NCBI RefSeq assembly: GCF_964204645.1
Contig: NC_134031.1
Span: 3,348,001-3,412,000, forward strand
DNA from: Tubulanus polymorphus
Lineage: Eukaryota; Animalia; Nemertea
Length of the DNA stretch: 64,000 nt
Direction: 5' to 3'
In this document: positions 50,952 through 64,000 of the stretch, in pieces
Layout of the letters: every line of letters begins with the position of its first letter
Position numbering within the stretch: position 1 is the first letter of the stretch
Translations under genes and position numbers: made by a program
Notes under the pieces: model-generated
Told to the model about the DNA's origin: nothing
Databases searched by the model: none
What the model saw: only the letters and a program-made list of their open reading frames with translations

Positions 50952-52165
50952 TAATCGTAATAAGTCTCTTTTTTCAACCTAATGTAAGACGACAGCTGTA
51001 GGTATTCATGAACTCAGAACCGACTCCCCCCAACCCCGAATATATCGATTTCGCAATAAAAATACTGTTAAATACACTAAAATACATACATATATCATAT
51101 CATATATAGAACTCCATCGATCAATAGAGGCAAGTTTGATCAGTATTATATACAACAGGGCTGTATTATTTCAAAAACAGTGTTCGCCTATCCTGAATTC
51201 TAGTTGGGCGAAACGAAATCAGTTTTGACCAAGAACAAGATTCAGTTGCAAAAATTTGAAAAGATCTTCTGAAGTCGTGGATTGACGAGACAACTGCTGA
51301 CCGATGACACAAACGAGCAACACCGTGCCGAAAGTATGCGGGCTATGCTTTCAATGAAATAAAATTCGGGATACGCGACGAACACTATTTCCAAAATTAA
51401 TTACAATCATTTTCCTTTCAAGACGACGAATTCAAAGATTTAAGACCTTTGCATCATTAAGTTATAGTAGTAGGTAATATCATGATCACCATGTTTATAA
51501 GTACCATTAGGTAAAATGATTCTATTCTTCAACTGAGACACACATTCTAATCGTAATTACGAATGGAATCTTAAAAAAAATTTCAAATAATAATAATGAT
51601 AATAATAATAATAATTATTATTATTATAATAACATGAGCCGACGGATAGAAGACTTAAACGTGCATTAAAAGATTTTTTGCCTTCGATGCGTGCAATTAA
51701 AATATTTCATGAGGCGTATACATCATTTAGATGAACCGAGAGCGAATGATGAATGATACTCTCTCTCTCGCTCGCTCGTGCGGACAACAGGCTCCGTTCG
51801 TGACGGAGAAATATAATTTCGCGAGTCAGTCAACATTTCTATGTCATCGGGTAGTGAGATCGAACCGGCGAGGCTCCCCGAACGCCGTCCGCGCCGCGTC
51901 TGCTTAAAACGCGTAAATTCCGTCCCAAAAGACAACAGCTTTTTCGAACGAACAAACGAACGACTAAACCCGCGAAACGAGACTACATACATTAAACATA
52001 CGTGTATAGAGAGTTCAAGGCCGGACTAGGAAGTCCGACGCGGATTTACGTCGTTTTTTTTTTCTCCCGTCTGTTTCGTAAAAGCGATAAATGGACAAAA
52101 CTACATCAAATGTTTCATCTCGATCACCTCATCGTAAATTAAAACATCGCGACCAATCGCGTTTA
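45958..52165 (-). other. Probable long 3' UTR of calsyntenin
   Basis: No credible exons between the CLSTN stop and NOL7. U-rich on the minus strand with (TTA)n tracts and a minus-strand AATAAA at 45963-45958. Confidence 0.5.
50168..50541. mobile_element. MITE with 12 bp TIRs
   Basis: agctacgtctac ... gtagacgtagct, with short subterminal direct repeats. Confidence 0.6.
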
Positions 52166-55100
52166 TTACACTTTATAGTTTTTCGATCCGGGCGCCAATT
52201 CGAGCGTCGAATCGTCCCACTCGAGTTCGCCGCGGTGACGATCTTTCGGTTTCTCCGGCGACTCGTCCTCGGAGCTGTCGATTTCGTCGCGGTAGCTGCT
52301 CGCGTCGTCGTCGTCGTCATCGTCGTCGCTATCGCTGTCGTCTCTCAGCGTCTGCTGTTCGTTCGTGTCCAACTCGCTGAATTCGTTGAACTGCGAATAA
52401 AATAAAATCACATTCGAAAACGATTTATAACGATACGATGATTCACAGTCCCTACAGATCAGTCATTCGTGGATATTAAGATTTACTAAGGAGAAAATTT
52501 CAAATTTCGAGGAAGCGTCTGCACCATTTTCACATCCCAATTACAACAGACTCCTCCTCCTGAATCGGAACCGTTTATATCCGTAAACCAATAATTCAGT
52601 GGTTTTGTAAGCAAATTTTTATCATTTAATCTACCTTAACTTGGTTTCTAATTTAATAACTGCCTTAATCGGGTTAAAATAAATCCTGGTCCCAACTGAA
52701 GTGATTTAGGAGAAGTTAACTGTATAACTTCAAACTTGACAAAAATTTCTAATTGCCTATTTTTCACATTATTGAAGTAATTTTTTTGAGGTTTTTTCTT
52801 TATATTTGCATCTTGATGCAAAAAATTAAGGTTTTTTCGTTTCTCCAATCTTGAGAATTCAATCTAACGCAAACTGTTTGTGGAATTTTTTTCCCTTCGA
52901 CCAATATCTCTAATAATCCGTACGCACCTCCTGTTCTAACGGATTGACCGTGATGTTCAGGGCAGAGTTATCCCAGTCCATTTCGGCGACGTCTTCGACG
53001 ACGACCTTCCTCTCGTGGTGAGTTTTAATGCGGATGACGCCGAGCACGATCATGAAGATGAGGAATCCGACGCATACAACGATGATCACTCCGGTTCCAA
53101 CCGCTACAAAATCATCAAAATCATAGCATTTATAAACTGATGAAGTTTAAACTGCAAATTCAAATGATATAATTTCACTGCGTGATCAGTATGATTGCGA
53201 CACGGGATAATACGTTCTACGTTTTTAAACCCGGTACGATCACTCGGTTCCAACAGCTACAAAATCATCATTTATAAACTGATGAACCAGAACTATCGTG
53301 TTTGATTGCAAAGTCTTATGATACGATTTCACTAAGTGATCAGTATGATTGTGACACAGGATTATACGATCTACGTATTCATATCTGAACATTGGTCATA
53401 AACAATTGATCGATTACGATTGGGACAGGTGATGATAGGGGAAGGGCCTGAATTTTTCTAATTCCCAGAGTTTTCCAGGCTTTCTACTGTTATATGTATC
53501 TTTACTCGAACACTGATAACAAGTTGAAGTATAGCGATTAGGACAGCTGATTGCAAAAAACAGCTAATACAGCTTTATATATAAGAGGCACAGCTGATAA
53601 CTCTCAGCCATCATTCTAACACGGTAACCACAGTTCCACGAATTCAAAAGTATTTCGATTTTTTATACCATGGGCACATCAATCAGATCATTTTAACAGT
53701 GATTTTCAAAGAATTGCAATGGCTACATAAAATGCAAAATGACTTCACCAAATGTTTCCTGAATAAGAGGAAAATGTACCAAATTCCTAAACATTTCCGA
53801 AACTGTAAATATGATTTTAAAGCCACAAATTTTTCCACAATTTCTCTCGGTATTGTGGGAACCACGTCCTAAGATAAACTTTCCCAAGATAAACTTTCTT
53901 ATCGCTGCAACCGACAAAACTATTCTACAACTCAATTCATCATGATACGCGTAATTCTATTGATACTTACTCGTAGCCGGTGATGAAATCGCGTCTTCAA
54001 CTTTATCGGATTTCGAAATCGATGACATGTGATTATCGGGTTCGATACGATGCTCGTGGTACTGCATGTTCTTCTGGGCGTGATGAGGCACGATGTTCTC
54101 GATGTGTTCTTCGTGAATTATTTCCAGCTGCAGAAACAAAATGTCTCAGATGATGATGGGAGAGGTCGACGAAAGAAAAATGTTTTCAATAAAATTTAGA
54201 AATTGTACTTTGTCAGGCATTTATTAAGCCGTGGCAGCATTTTAAACTTCTGCCAGTACGTTTGATTAGTAAAGGGAGTTAAGTGACAAAATTGTGATTA
54301 ACAATTACAAGAACCTTAAAATCAAAGATGTCTAACAGTATTCAGAAAAATTATGCATCTGAACTCAAGTCGCTAGTTAAATTTACAATGTCATAACTTA
54401 TCTACAATCCTGTTGTTCAAATGTACAAATTCTATGTTCAAATGAACACAAAATACAAATTGTTACCGGTGACTGGATTTGGTAGATTTCTGGAGAGTCC
54501 CTTGCTCAAAAATTGGTTCAAGTGGATCACTCATAGCTGACAGATAAATTCAAACTGCACTGGAACCTGGGCCTAATTACTAAGTCAAGTCCAAAAGTGG
54601 TCGTGAATACTAATTAAGACTGGTCTCAAGTTATATGATTGGCTATAGGACTAAAGTTGTCTTAGACTGGTTTTACATCTGTGTGCAAAGCTTCCCTCCC
54701 CGATCTATCTACATCCAGCGTATCTACATCCATAGTAGTTATATCCAGCAGATACACACACTAACGTACCTTCAACGTGTATTCATTGCTCAAGAATCGT
54801 CCGTCCAATATAGCACACTGAACCGTGAACTCCTTCGTGTTGATATCCTGCGGGTGTCTGTTGATGTAATGTACGAGTCCCAGTATTTCCTTGTAATGCT
54901 CGACGGTGGCAACGCCTGAATTATATAATCAAATCATCCGAGTCATTCGTAAGGAGTTGTTGCGAAAAACAGCGTTTCATCTTTTCAGCATACGAATACA
55001 AGTTATAGATGATCAATACGATCTGTATTTATATATAGCGTGATTGAAAGAGGACGGACAGGTGATTGGTTGAACACAAAGCAGAAATTAAATTCTGTAA

Positions 55101-58100
55101 CAGCTTGAACACATTTTATAATCATTTCATATATAATGCTGGTCAACGATCACAGCTGTTTTCTGAAGATCAAATGATTCGAGACCAACGATTCTCTCGC
55201 ATTCATCCCCCGGCATAGGGAGTTTAACGTAATGGCCTCACGATACTCGGCCAAGCTAGACCAGTTCCCTCACGGGCATTTGAATCTGAAGGCATCACGA
55301 CAGCCGTAGCGGTACAAACCCCTGCCCTACTTCACCCAACCATCCTCCTTCACAGGGATTTGATCAAATCCCCTTCCCTTAAAAAGGGATTTGAACCTGA
55401 TAGGATCACGAGTCTCTACCGCACTACATCCCTGCCCAAGACACTAACTCCCTCAACAAGGATTTTAACCTGAAAGGTGCACAAACCCCTGCCATTGTAC
55501 GCTTAAGCATCATTGACACCAGACACAGTAGTATTTCCATCCTAGCGACAAAATATCTGCTGTGTATATATCCAGTGGTAACAATTTGTGCCACTAAGAG
55601 GTAACAGAAAGTTACGTCTCACAACCATCCAATAAGGATCGACGTAGTTGATGCTAATAAAATCAACAACTAACCTGAAATGATGAGTCCATCTTGTTTA
55701 TTGGTAAGGACGAGGTGTCTCGATCGGATCAGATTCAACGGAGCGATCAAACGTTCGGTATTCTCGTATTTCAGCGCGGGGAATACGCGCACCATACACG
55801 AGTCAAGCATGTTCTCAGGTTTAATGCTTTTATCTGAAATAATCGACGATAACATCATAGATCAATAAATAACTGTTGAAAGAGAGTGAATCAAAATTTC
55901 TTTTTCTTCACAAGTTTTTTCGTTTATGAAACAGACACTGGGATGACTCGACCAGGCTCCATAGAGAATGAGTTACTGGTACATCAAATGATAGAAATAG
56001 ATTGATGGATATGATTATCCCAACACCCTGGGAATAGCAGGAACTCGGAGCATACTTTCACGCCATTACAGAATAGGAGGAGTTTTTGAGGAGTATTTGA
56101 GGAGTATTCATGGGGAGGAAAATATTAAAATTCGAAGAAAGTTACATCGCCAGTAACAAGGATTCTATAAATCTTAAGAATGACTCTCTTTGTTGAGTAA
56201 GCCAGGAACTATTGTCACAGAGTGAAAACACATCGTCCTTTGAAAAAAATTGCAAGACTTTCCAAAAATCTAAGGAGCTTCGAGAAGTTTTTGAGAAATT
56301 TCTAAAACCTAGGGGTCAATGAAAATAAATCTTCACTTAAATAATTTGCAAGGAATCAGGGAGTAGTATAAACCTCGTGAGGTAACGAGGATTCGGTAAT
56401 ATTCCGAGTTGACACGCTTACCTTTCGGTTCGTCCTTCTTTCCATCGGCGAATACTTTACTTTCGAAAAGTTTGGCGGCGAAATTCTTGGCGATCTGCGT
56501 TCTGGCGTTCTGGGCCGTGCCGGTCGTCACGACGATGTCGATGTCGGAGAAGATTTTGTCACCGACGTGAGCGAGGGCGTTGTAATTACGAGCGATACGC
56601 GGCGGACCGGCGATCTTGATCGACGGCTTCGCGTTGTCTAAAACGAGAATCTGCGCGCGAACGTCAGGGATCTTGATCAATCTGTGCGTCTCTTTACACC
56701 TGAAACCAAAAACGAAAACTCAATAATAGATATTCAGTAAAACCTCTCTACAGATCAGGGAATCTAAAATTCCCCGATATTTCCCTGACCCTCGACCGAA
56801 ACATTCCGCCAAAATTCCCCGATATTTTCCTAACCCTGGACCAAACATTCTCCGATTATAAAATATCCTCAGCGGAGGCTGCTCTTGTTCGCAAAAGGTT
56901 CCTTACGCCACTTGTCACCAGCAAGAACAGATACCAAAAATTAAAGTTTTCTGATTTCTCCCTGATTTTCAAGAAGAGTTCGAATTCCCCGATATCCCTG
57001 CGGGGGAAGATAAATCCTAACTTACTTGACGTCGGTGGAAATGACGAGATTTCGAAGTCCGTCGGTCGGGAAACGTCGGTAGTTGATATACGCGATGCGG
57101 TTCAGTATTTTCCTGATCGCTTCGATGCTCGGACTGTTCAGCGTTATTTGAGACATCTCGCTGTTATACGAGGCAGTCTGTGTGGGTGCACGAACAAAGT
57201 AAAACAACAAGGTTTAAAATGTTACAACTCATTAATTTTTCATTGGATAACGCATTCATAAGAAACATGTGGTCAATAGCATTATTATAGCATTATTCGA
57301 ATTCCCTGAGTTCTACAGGTTGTTGGTAAAATATGTCAAATTCCCCAAGTTTTCCCTGATTTTTTTTCTAGATTTTCCTAATTCCCTGAGTTTCCCAGGT
57401 CAGTGGCCATGCTGTAATACAAGAATCAACTGTAGAACTGGTCTAAGTTTCATGCCAAACCGCCTATGAATGGTTTATACTTTCTCATAGCAGACAATAG
57501 CTGGGATAAACAGTGACACTATCTGTAAGGTTTTCACTCAAATATTGCCAGACTTTTTTTTCTGAATACACAATACGATCGCTTACCATTCCTCCCTCGA
57601 GCATTCGAATATCGTGGAAATCAAGTTTTTCGGCGCAGGTCGTCAAACACCTGATCACGTGATTCGTCTCGGTGGCTTTCGGTAAAACCGACAAACCGGC
57701 GAGGTAACCTTTGAAGAACTGGTGCATCTTCTTTTCAGCTCCTGACGAAATACAACACATTATTCATATGAAATTCTATCTAGCATATCTCAACGTTTCA
57801 ATTAATTAAAATCAATTCAAAGAGTCACTTGTTCCAAGAGAAAAGGAGATGCTGGAAGTTCATATTGTGTTTTAGATTCCCTGGAAGGGTGTCCAAACAA
57901 TCTAAACGTATCTCCAATATCCCCCATCAGATCATCTTAAAATTTGTTTGCTATCATATTTTCTTAATTTGAAAGCTAAAACAAGCCAATATGGAGCAAA
58001 TAATGAGCACCCAGCTAACGATACAGTACTGTGGCAATCCGGGATTCAATTCAGCTGCGGCAAGCAAGCATCTGAATAATTTCTAGTGTAATCAATCTGT

Positions 58101-61100
58101 AAGCTACCCACATCAAACAACTGAGTAATGTATTTTTTGGTATATCTAATTGAAGGCGCGATCATGCAAAAAGACTTTGATTCAGGAGCCTAAAAAGCTG
58201 GTTTGAAGTTAAATGAAAGTGAACTTCAAACCACCAGGGCATTGCGCTATCTCTTGAGATAGCTGAAAGAATTAACAGGAATATTAGATGTGGAGCATAC
58301 CTTGCCAGCAGGCTCCGACCACTAGTTTAGTGCTGTGAGATTTAGTCTGGTGCAACGGCCAGTCGTCAACGACTTCCGGATTCTTCTTATTCTCGACGAA
58401 CATTTGTCCGTCGACGTATAATCGTACCTGAAAAATAATAGCGACGAATCTAATCAGCATTTCTCTAAAAAACAGCATTCTTTATCTAAAATTCTCTGAT
58501 ACTTCGCTAACCCTTGACAAAATTCCCTGCTTAGATTATATAAGGTAATCATCAGCAGAAGGCTGTTTCTTATCCAGAGGTTTCCCTTGTATAATTTTTG
58601 TCACCAGCAAAAACAACAAGACACCAAAAATTAAAATACCCCGACTTCTCCCTTATTTTCAAGAAACAGCCGGAATTCTCTGATCAGCAAAATAAAACCT
58701 TTTAAAGGGTCCTATTCTAGAGCTGTGAATAAGTCGAGAGAAAATGAACAAAAATGTTTACCTGTGGGAAATCCATGCTGACCGCGTAATGATGCCACTT
58801 GCCGTCGCAGACCTCCGGTAATTTCCAGCGCCATTCGGCCGGTTTAAACACGTTGAACGTATCTTTAGCGTATTCCTGTCTCAACAGCAACACCAGACGA
58901 CAATTGTGTATATACAACGAATAGTGATGACGGTTCATTCCTGAAATTCAGTTACACAATTCAATCATTGATCAATTATTCAATAGACCCCATTCAGATC
59001 AAATCGACCAAAAGTTTGAAATTTTGCGCCCAGTTTTTGGAAAGTTCTACACAAATTTCACCTATCAGGTTAAATCCATACTGTCATTTTTACGAAGTGC
59101 CCAGTCCACCCGGGCAATCAGTGTTCTTCGAAAATGACAAGTTATTTGACATAGTACAGTCAAAATAGTGTTTAATCGAAACTTAACTAGAAAAGAAATT
59201 ATTCTGATTTTTAGAATACGTGTTTTGATATTTTTCAGAGGGAGGAATCAAGTATTACTGGTACCAAGATGCACGAAAACTCATAATACATACAATACAT
59301 GATATATTGGAATTTTCTCCAAGACAAACGTATATTTTCAATCAATAGCAACATGCTTAACATTGTATTTAAAATCGCCAGATCTTAGTAAACTTGCGAC
59401 GCGAGTTGCGATGTTAATCGACGGTAAGTTGCTTTTTTTAAGTAACGAGAAAATTATCGAACAGTGGAACACTGAAGCCGCGAACGGTGGCCATAGAACC
59501 ACGTCGAACAGTAAGCAGCAAGCAACAATTCAGCCATGCTCAAAATTGAATCATCGAGTTAGTAAGTACCCAGTACTTGGATAGAATAGAGCCTAACTTA
59601 CGGCGCCGCAATCCCGCGAAACACAGAACCATCTAACAAAAGATTGATCGCTACGCAAGAATGTATGAATGTGCACGTGTCCGTAGGGTCGGATTTCATG
59701 AACTCATTCTTTCAATGAAGCAACTTCGGATTCGGTTGTATCAATACAGTAAATATTTGAATTCTAATCAGGCAATTACAAGGCGGTCCACTTAAACGGT
59801 ACATATTAAATTACGAATTAAGTAGAATTATTAGGGATGAACTGATTTCATGGGATAGAGTCAGATCTAACTTCTAAAGAGATCGAGTCCCAACGTAATA
59901 GTGTTCCCGGGCCAAGTTCCATTATTGGGATAAATTCAACTCCATGAGTTGAGATCAGGTTTATTTCTGATGTTTTGACTCCAATGAGAGTCAAATTTCT
60001 GCAGAGATCTACCGGAGATCAGTATAATATGTTCAAAAGTTTAAAACTATTCGATTTTAAACAACATATATCTTCAATGTTTCAATCTAGGGAAACTGAA
60101 AGACCAGGGTCCAGAAGAAAAGGTATTTCTCAGATAGCGAGAGACCTCTGCCGGGGTACCACCCTCGGATTTACATAACATATCTTCGAAGAAATACATC
60201 CTCCAAAAATATGCCATTTTCAAAAGGGCGGGTTTCAAATTCACATTAAAAGATCTCTGTTCGATAAAAATGGCTGCCTGAATGATAAGGTAAGGCAGAC
60301 ATCCGGACCCTCGAGACCGACCCATAAACCCGCCCCTGGCAAAATCGACGCGTCTTATTCTGATGGGTGGTGATTAATAGCATTCCCATGCTGAGAATCG
60401 TATGTACCTTCACCGTCTGAACTGCACAGTATCTGTTCTTTAGCTCCGTGTTTCGACGAGGTCGCGCGCACTCCGCCGTGCATCATCCACATCATGATCG
60501 TGAACCGCGGCGCGATCTGGTGGCTGAGCATGCCGTCAGGCACGACGATGTGAGTCGTTTCGCCGTCGAAACGGAACATCTTATCGCTGTCAGCGCCCTC
60601 GTCGTGCGGTACCGACTTCGTGAACGTGTTGTATATGTTCGCCGATGGAAGCAGATCGACGACTTCTGAGTGCGCTCCTGAAATATATTCACATGTCATT
60701 GTTTAATCAATTCATAATTGTGTGATTAACATTCAATTGATTTGTTGCCCGCAAATTTAGCCTGATGATTGTTTTTAAGCCACTCTATCCAGAGCTATCT
60801 TCGCAGGTTCCTTAGTCCCCACAGCCCACTGAGCCCCATTCAGGGCAATATTAGCAGGTTCAAGGTTTCTTAATCCCCACCGCCCACTGAGTACCATTCA
60901 GGGCAATATTAGCAGGTTCAAGGTTTCTTAATCCCCACTGCGCCTCGGCTGCTCGGCTGCTGCATACCTTCTACGGTGATAATGCTATTGATATAAAGCG
61001 ATCCTAATGATATAAAGCGATCAACTTACCACAAAGATGTCTTTGAGACTGTATCGAGTAGGTATCACGATCGCAACCTTTGCCGATGTGCTGAGCTCCC

Positions 61101-64000
61101 AAACTGATTTTGATCGACGCTTTATCCAACGTACAATTCGTCTTGCACATGTCGAAACGCGCGTCCTTCGCGAACGGCAGACGTCCGCTGCCGGCTCGGT
61201 ATTTGATCGGATCCGTCGCGATACCCTTCCAGCCTTTCACGCACGCCTTCACGATTTTGAACGTGACCATGACCGGTTTGGACTCGCGGCCCGAGCAGTC
61301 GGTCGCGACGACGGCGATGATGAAATTGTGGTGTTCGTCGTACGAGATTTTCTTGCCGGTTTTCAAGCGAATGTTTCCTGAAAAAATATAATCCACATTT
61401 TCATAATTTCAAAAAATTCCTAAGATCAAATTATAAATTATCGTCAGTAGGGGCTGCTGTTCTATATCAAGAGATTCCTCGAGCCACTCGCCGACATTTT
61501 AATTCTCTGATTTTCCCTGCAGGGCATATAATAAATCTTGATTTTCCCTGAACATCGAAGACCCATTTCATATCAAGTAATGGTAGATAACAAGAGAGGT
61601 TCGTGATGAATTTTTACTGAGATTTCTGCAATCCTCTACGAAATCAATCATTCGAGCAGTTAACACTAACCGCCGTTATCGAAATCTACGAAATCGATCA
61701 TACAAACACTTACCGCGGTTATCAACTTTAAACGGTACGTCCGGTGTCAATATCCTGTAATCGCAAATATTGCCTTCATCGTCGACGCGTGATTCCCGAG
61801 CCCGGACGCTCACGAGTGGTTTGTCGGCCGGCTGCGGAGTCCCCTCTTCGAGATCGATGCGGTACGCGTCTTTATCCCACCTCGGATTCGGGTATTCGAC
61901 GACCTTTATATGGACGGGCATCCTGAATAAAAATACGCGACGTATTAACGAAATTATCATTCTTGTATCTATTATAACGCATTGAAGTACTAGCTCACAC
62001 CACCAGATGGCGTGTGACTTATAGTCCAAAACGAAGTTCATTTTTAATAGATCTAACCCGCATTTTTAAAAATAATTACAAATCAGAATATTATACTAAT
62101 AAAATCATAACCCAACACTATGTACAAATGAAAAAGATAAACCCTTAACTGACCATATACGGTCACTCTGACCATATCGCATCGACGCATTACCAGTAAG
62201 TTCACCGGATATACGCCAACAGTAGGTGCTGCCCTCTGGATACTAACTACAATTAACACTAGGTGACATTTCGGTCGACGATTGAAATTTCATCCACGTA
62301 AAACATTGATGATCTATGGAGAAAGCAGCCACATATAACACCTAAATATGGCCCTAGTTAAGAAAGGCGTTAAATCTAACTGCAATTAACTGATATCAAT
62401 CTCAGTGTTGAGTTAACAAATAAAAACCCACAGTTACATCTGTCATCATCAGAGGACCAAAAGAAACTGTTAAATCTATTTTTCAAATCAAATTAGGCCT
62501 ATAAAGCTTCAACGAATTGGAGTCTCTCCAGAGACTATCCTTTTAAATTTGCCAAAAAATTGATCTTATCATCTATTCACCATGTCAGAGTCTAAGGGCT
62601 ATTCTACATTTATAACAAACAGTAATTCAATACGATTTCATCGTTTATTAATATTCAACGTAATTGTATACTTTATCTTCGAGCTCTTGAAATGTGGTTT
62701 TCAACATTCTGTGTTATACCAGTTTCTTCTTACATTCAAGTTCCCCAAATCAACAAGGAATTCAATAACAGTATGGAGCACTTTGTGGGAAAAACGTCAT
62801 ACTTCCCGATTGACTATTCTACTCTATTCGGGAGTTTCCTAAGAGTTATCGATTTTCTTCAGAGAACAAAAATAGATTTGATTTAAACGTTGTAAGAAAT
62901 TGAAGCGCGGGCTACTACAGTACTGAAACCTCACTCGCCATAGTAGCATTACCGATACCCTACGGGGAACAACGCGAGACATTAATTATGAAGGTTTCGT
63001 AAGATGAATAATGAATTTTAAGCGAGATATTTCAATGGAGAAGATTGATTAATAGTTAATAATTAAACAGCCTCGGAAATGTATAGGCCTATATGGTAAC
63101 GATCGGAGTAGCAATGAGCTCTTAAGCCTTATCATCTATTTCCAGAAATAAAATCACCAGAAAATTCAACTACTGCCACTCGCAAATGCAGACTTTATTT
63201 TCAATGGACACGATAAAACTGAAATGAGATTTTAGGCGAAGATCGAAACCCAATAATTCAAAACGGTGAAGTAGAACCACGTATAGAACCACAATATCTC
63301 ATTACGTAGATTGCCATTAAAGTGAGACATTCTTCCCAATAAACACTTTCACGTGTAAATTACCCCCAGCGGGCAACAACGCCACAGAAATGAACATTAA
63401 ACGAGGTTTTATATACGCTGTTGTATTAGCGGCGTTAAAATACCAGCGGCTCTACGTTTCTTTCGAAAAACGAATTTTCGTTTAAAAAATTTTCAAGAGC
63501 TCTCCATTACAGAGATAGGTCATACATTACCAACAGAAAAATCTATTTTCTATCGAAATAGAATTTTAACCCAAATTGAATAAATTCATTTCTAAATTGG
63601 CTGTGACAGGGAATAAGGTGTAAAATTTACCAGAACTTTTGGGAAACCATTAGACAACTACTATCTCCAGCGAGCCATGTAAGGGAAAGGTGCTGTCTCT
63701 GAATACGGGTCTCACATCTCGAGACCAGGGGCATTCTACGCGCCGACTTTGAGAGAAAAATTCCGTAAGAACTTTTCTGCCATGACAAAATCATTTTCTA
63801 TTCTAATCTATATTGTTCCCAAATTGTACTTACGGAGACTCAGAAATCTTGTTAAGGGGAGATCCACAGTCGTAGGCAGCGACGTCGAAAGTGTAACGAG
63901 AGTTCTTTTTGGCGTCGAGTGTTTTGCCGGGCTCGAGTTTGATGATCGCCTCGCCGGTTATATGATTCTTTAATTCGATTTCGAAAGGTACGCCGGCCAC
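52166..64000 (-). CDS. CLSTN: Calsyntenin (cadherin-LamG-TM), 5' end outside window; exons ~64000-63834, 61922-61714, 61377-61030, 60678-60408, 58939-58762, 58427-58301, 57741-57586, 57177-57026, 56699-56422, 55832-55675, 54915-54769, 54127-53971, 53103-52928, 52390-52166
   Basis: AYDCG, TPDVPF, HIGKGCDRDTYS, ILCSSDGEGMNRHHYSLYIHNCRL, PAEWRWKLPEVCDGKWHHYAV, DDWPLH, LVVGACWQG, TM VIIVVCVGFLIFMIVLGVIRI, DWDNSALNITVNPLE, acidic tract, LEWDDSTL. Confidence 0.97.
53087..53385. repeat. ~153 bp tandem duplication spanning the 3' splice acceptor of the calsyntenin TM exon
   Basis: cactccggttccaaccgctacaaaatcatca...tttataaactgatgaa...gtgatcagtatgattg is repeated at 53241 onward. Confidence 0.9.
60808..60940. 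repeat. ~57 bp tandem repeat (about 2.3 copies), intronic
   Basis: gcccactgag..ccattcagggcaatattagcaggttcaaggtttcttaatccccac occurs twice. Confidence 0.9.

Noticed and set aside
51723-52165. Stop-codon readthrough extension of calsyntenin
   Set aside because: The stop is TAA TAA, and the downstream ORF has no recognisable features.

Overview
AT-rich animal genomic DNA with spliceosomal introns and many MITEs and minisatellites. The gene set and the motifs in Period suggest a lophotrochozoan-type invertebrate (inference). Most ORF-track entries are exon fragments or spurious, so I rebuilt the genes by reading splice sites. Gene order: 5'-truncated single-exon rhodopsin-class GPCR (+); C3orf14/CEP15-like (-, one GC-AG intron) head-to-head with DJ-1/PARK7 (+); mitochondrial 2-oxoglutarate/malate carrier SLC25A11 (-); MFSD8/CLN7-like MFS transporter (+); circadian clock gene period (-, about 20 coding exons); NOL7-like nucleolar protein (+); and the 3' part of calsyntenin (-) with a probable ~6 kb 3' UTR. 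I found no CRISPR, rRNA, tRNA or autonomous transposon, and I cannot support a wholly new biological system. Best leads: (1) PARK7-SLC25A11-PER-CLSTN linkage echoing human 1p36/17p13; (2) a duplicated splice acceptor in calsyntenin that would stop the protein just before its TM helix; (3) loss of the cadherin Ca2+-linker motifs in calsyntenin; (4) a Penelope-type hammerhead-like palindrome; (5) the per upstream region, with candidate uORF exons, non-canonical E-boxes and a D-box inside a satellite; (6) a B-box-bearing higher-order minisatellite. Exon boundaries were read by eye and may be off by a few nt.
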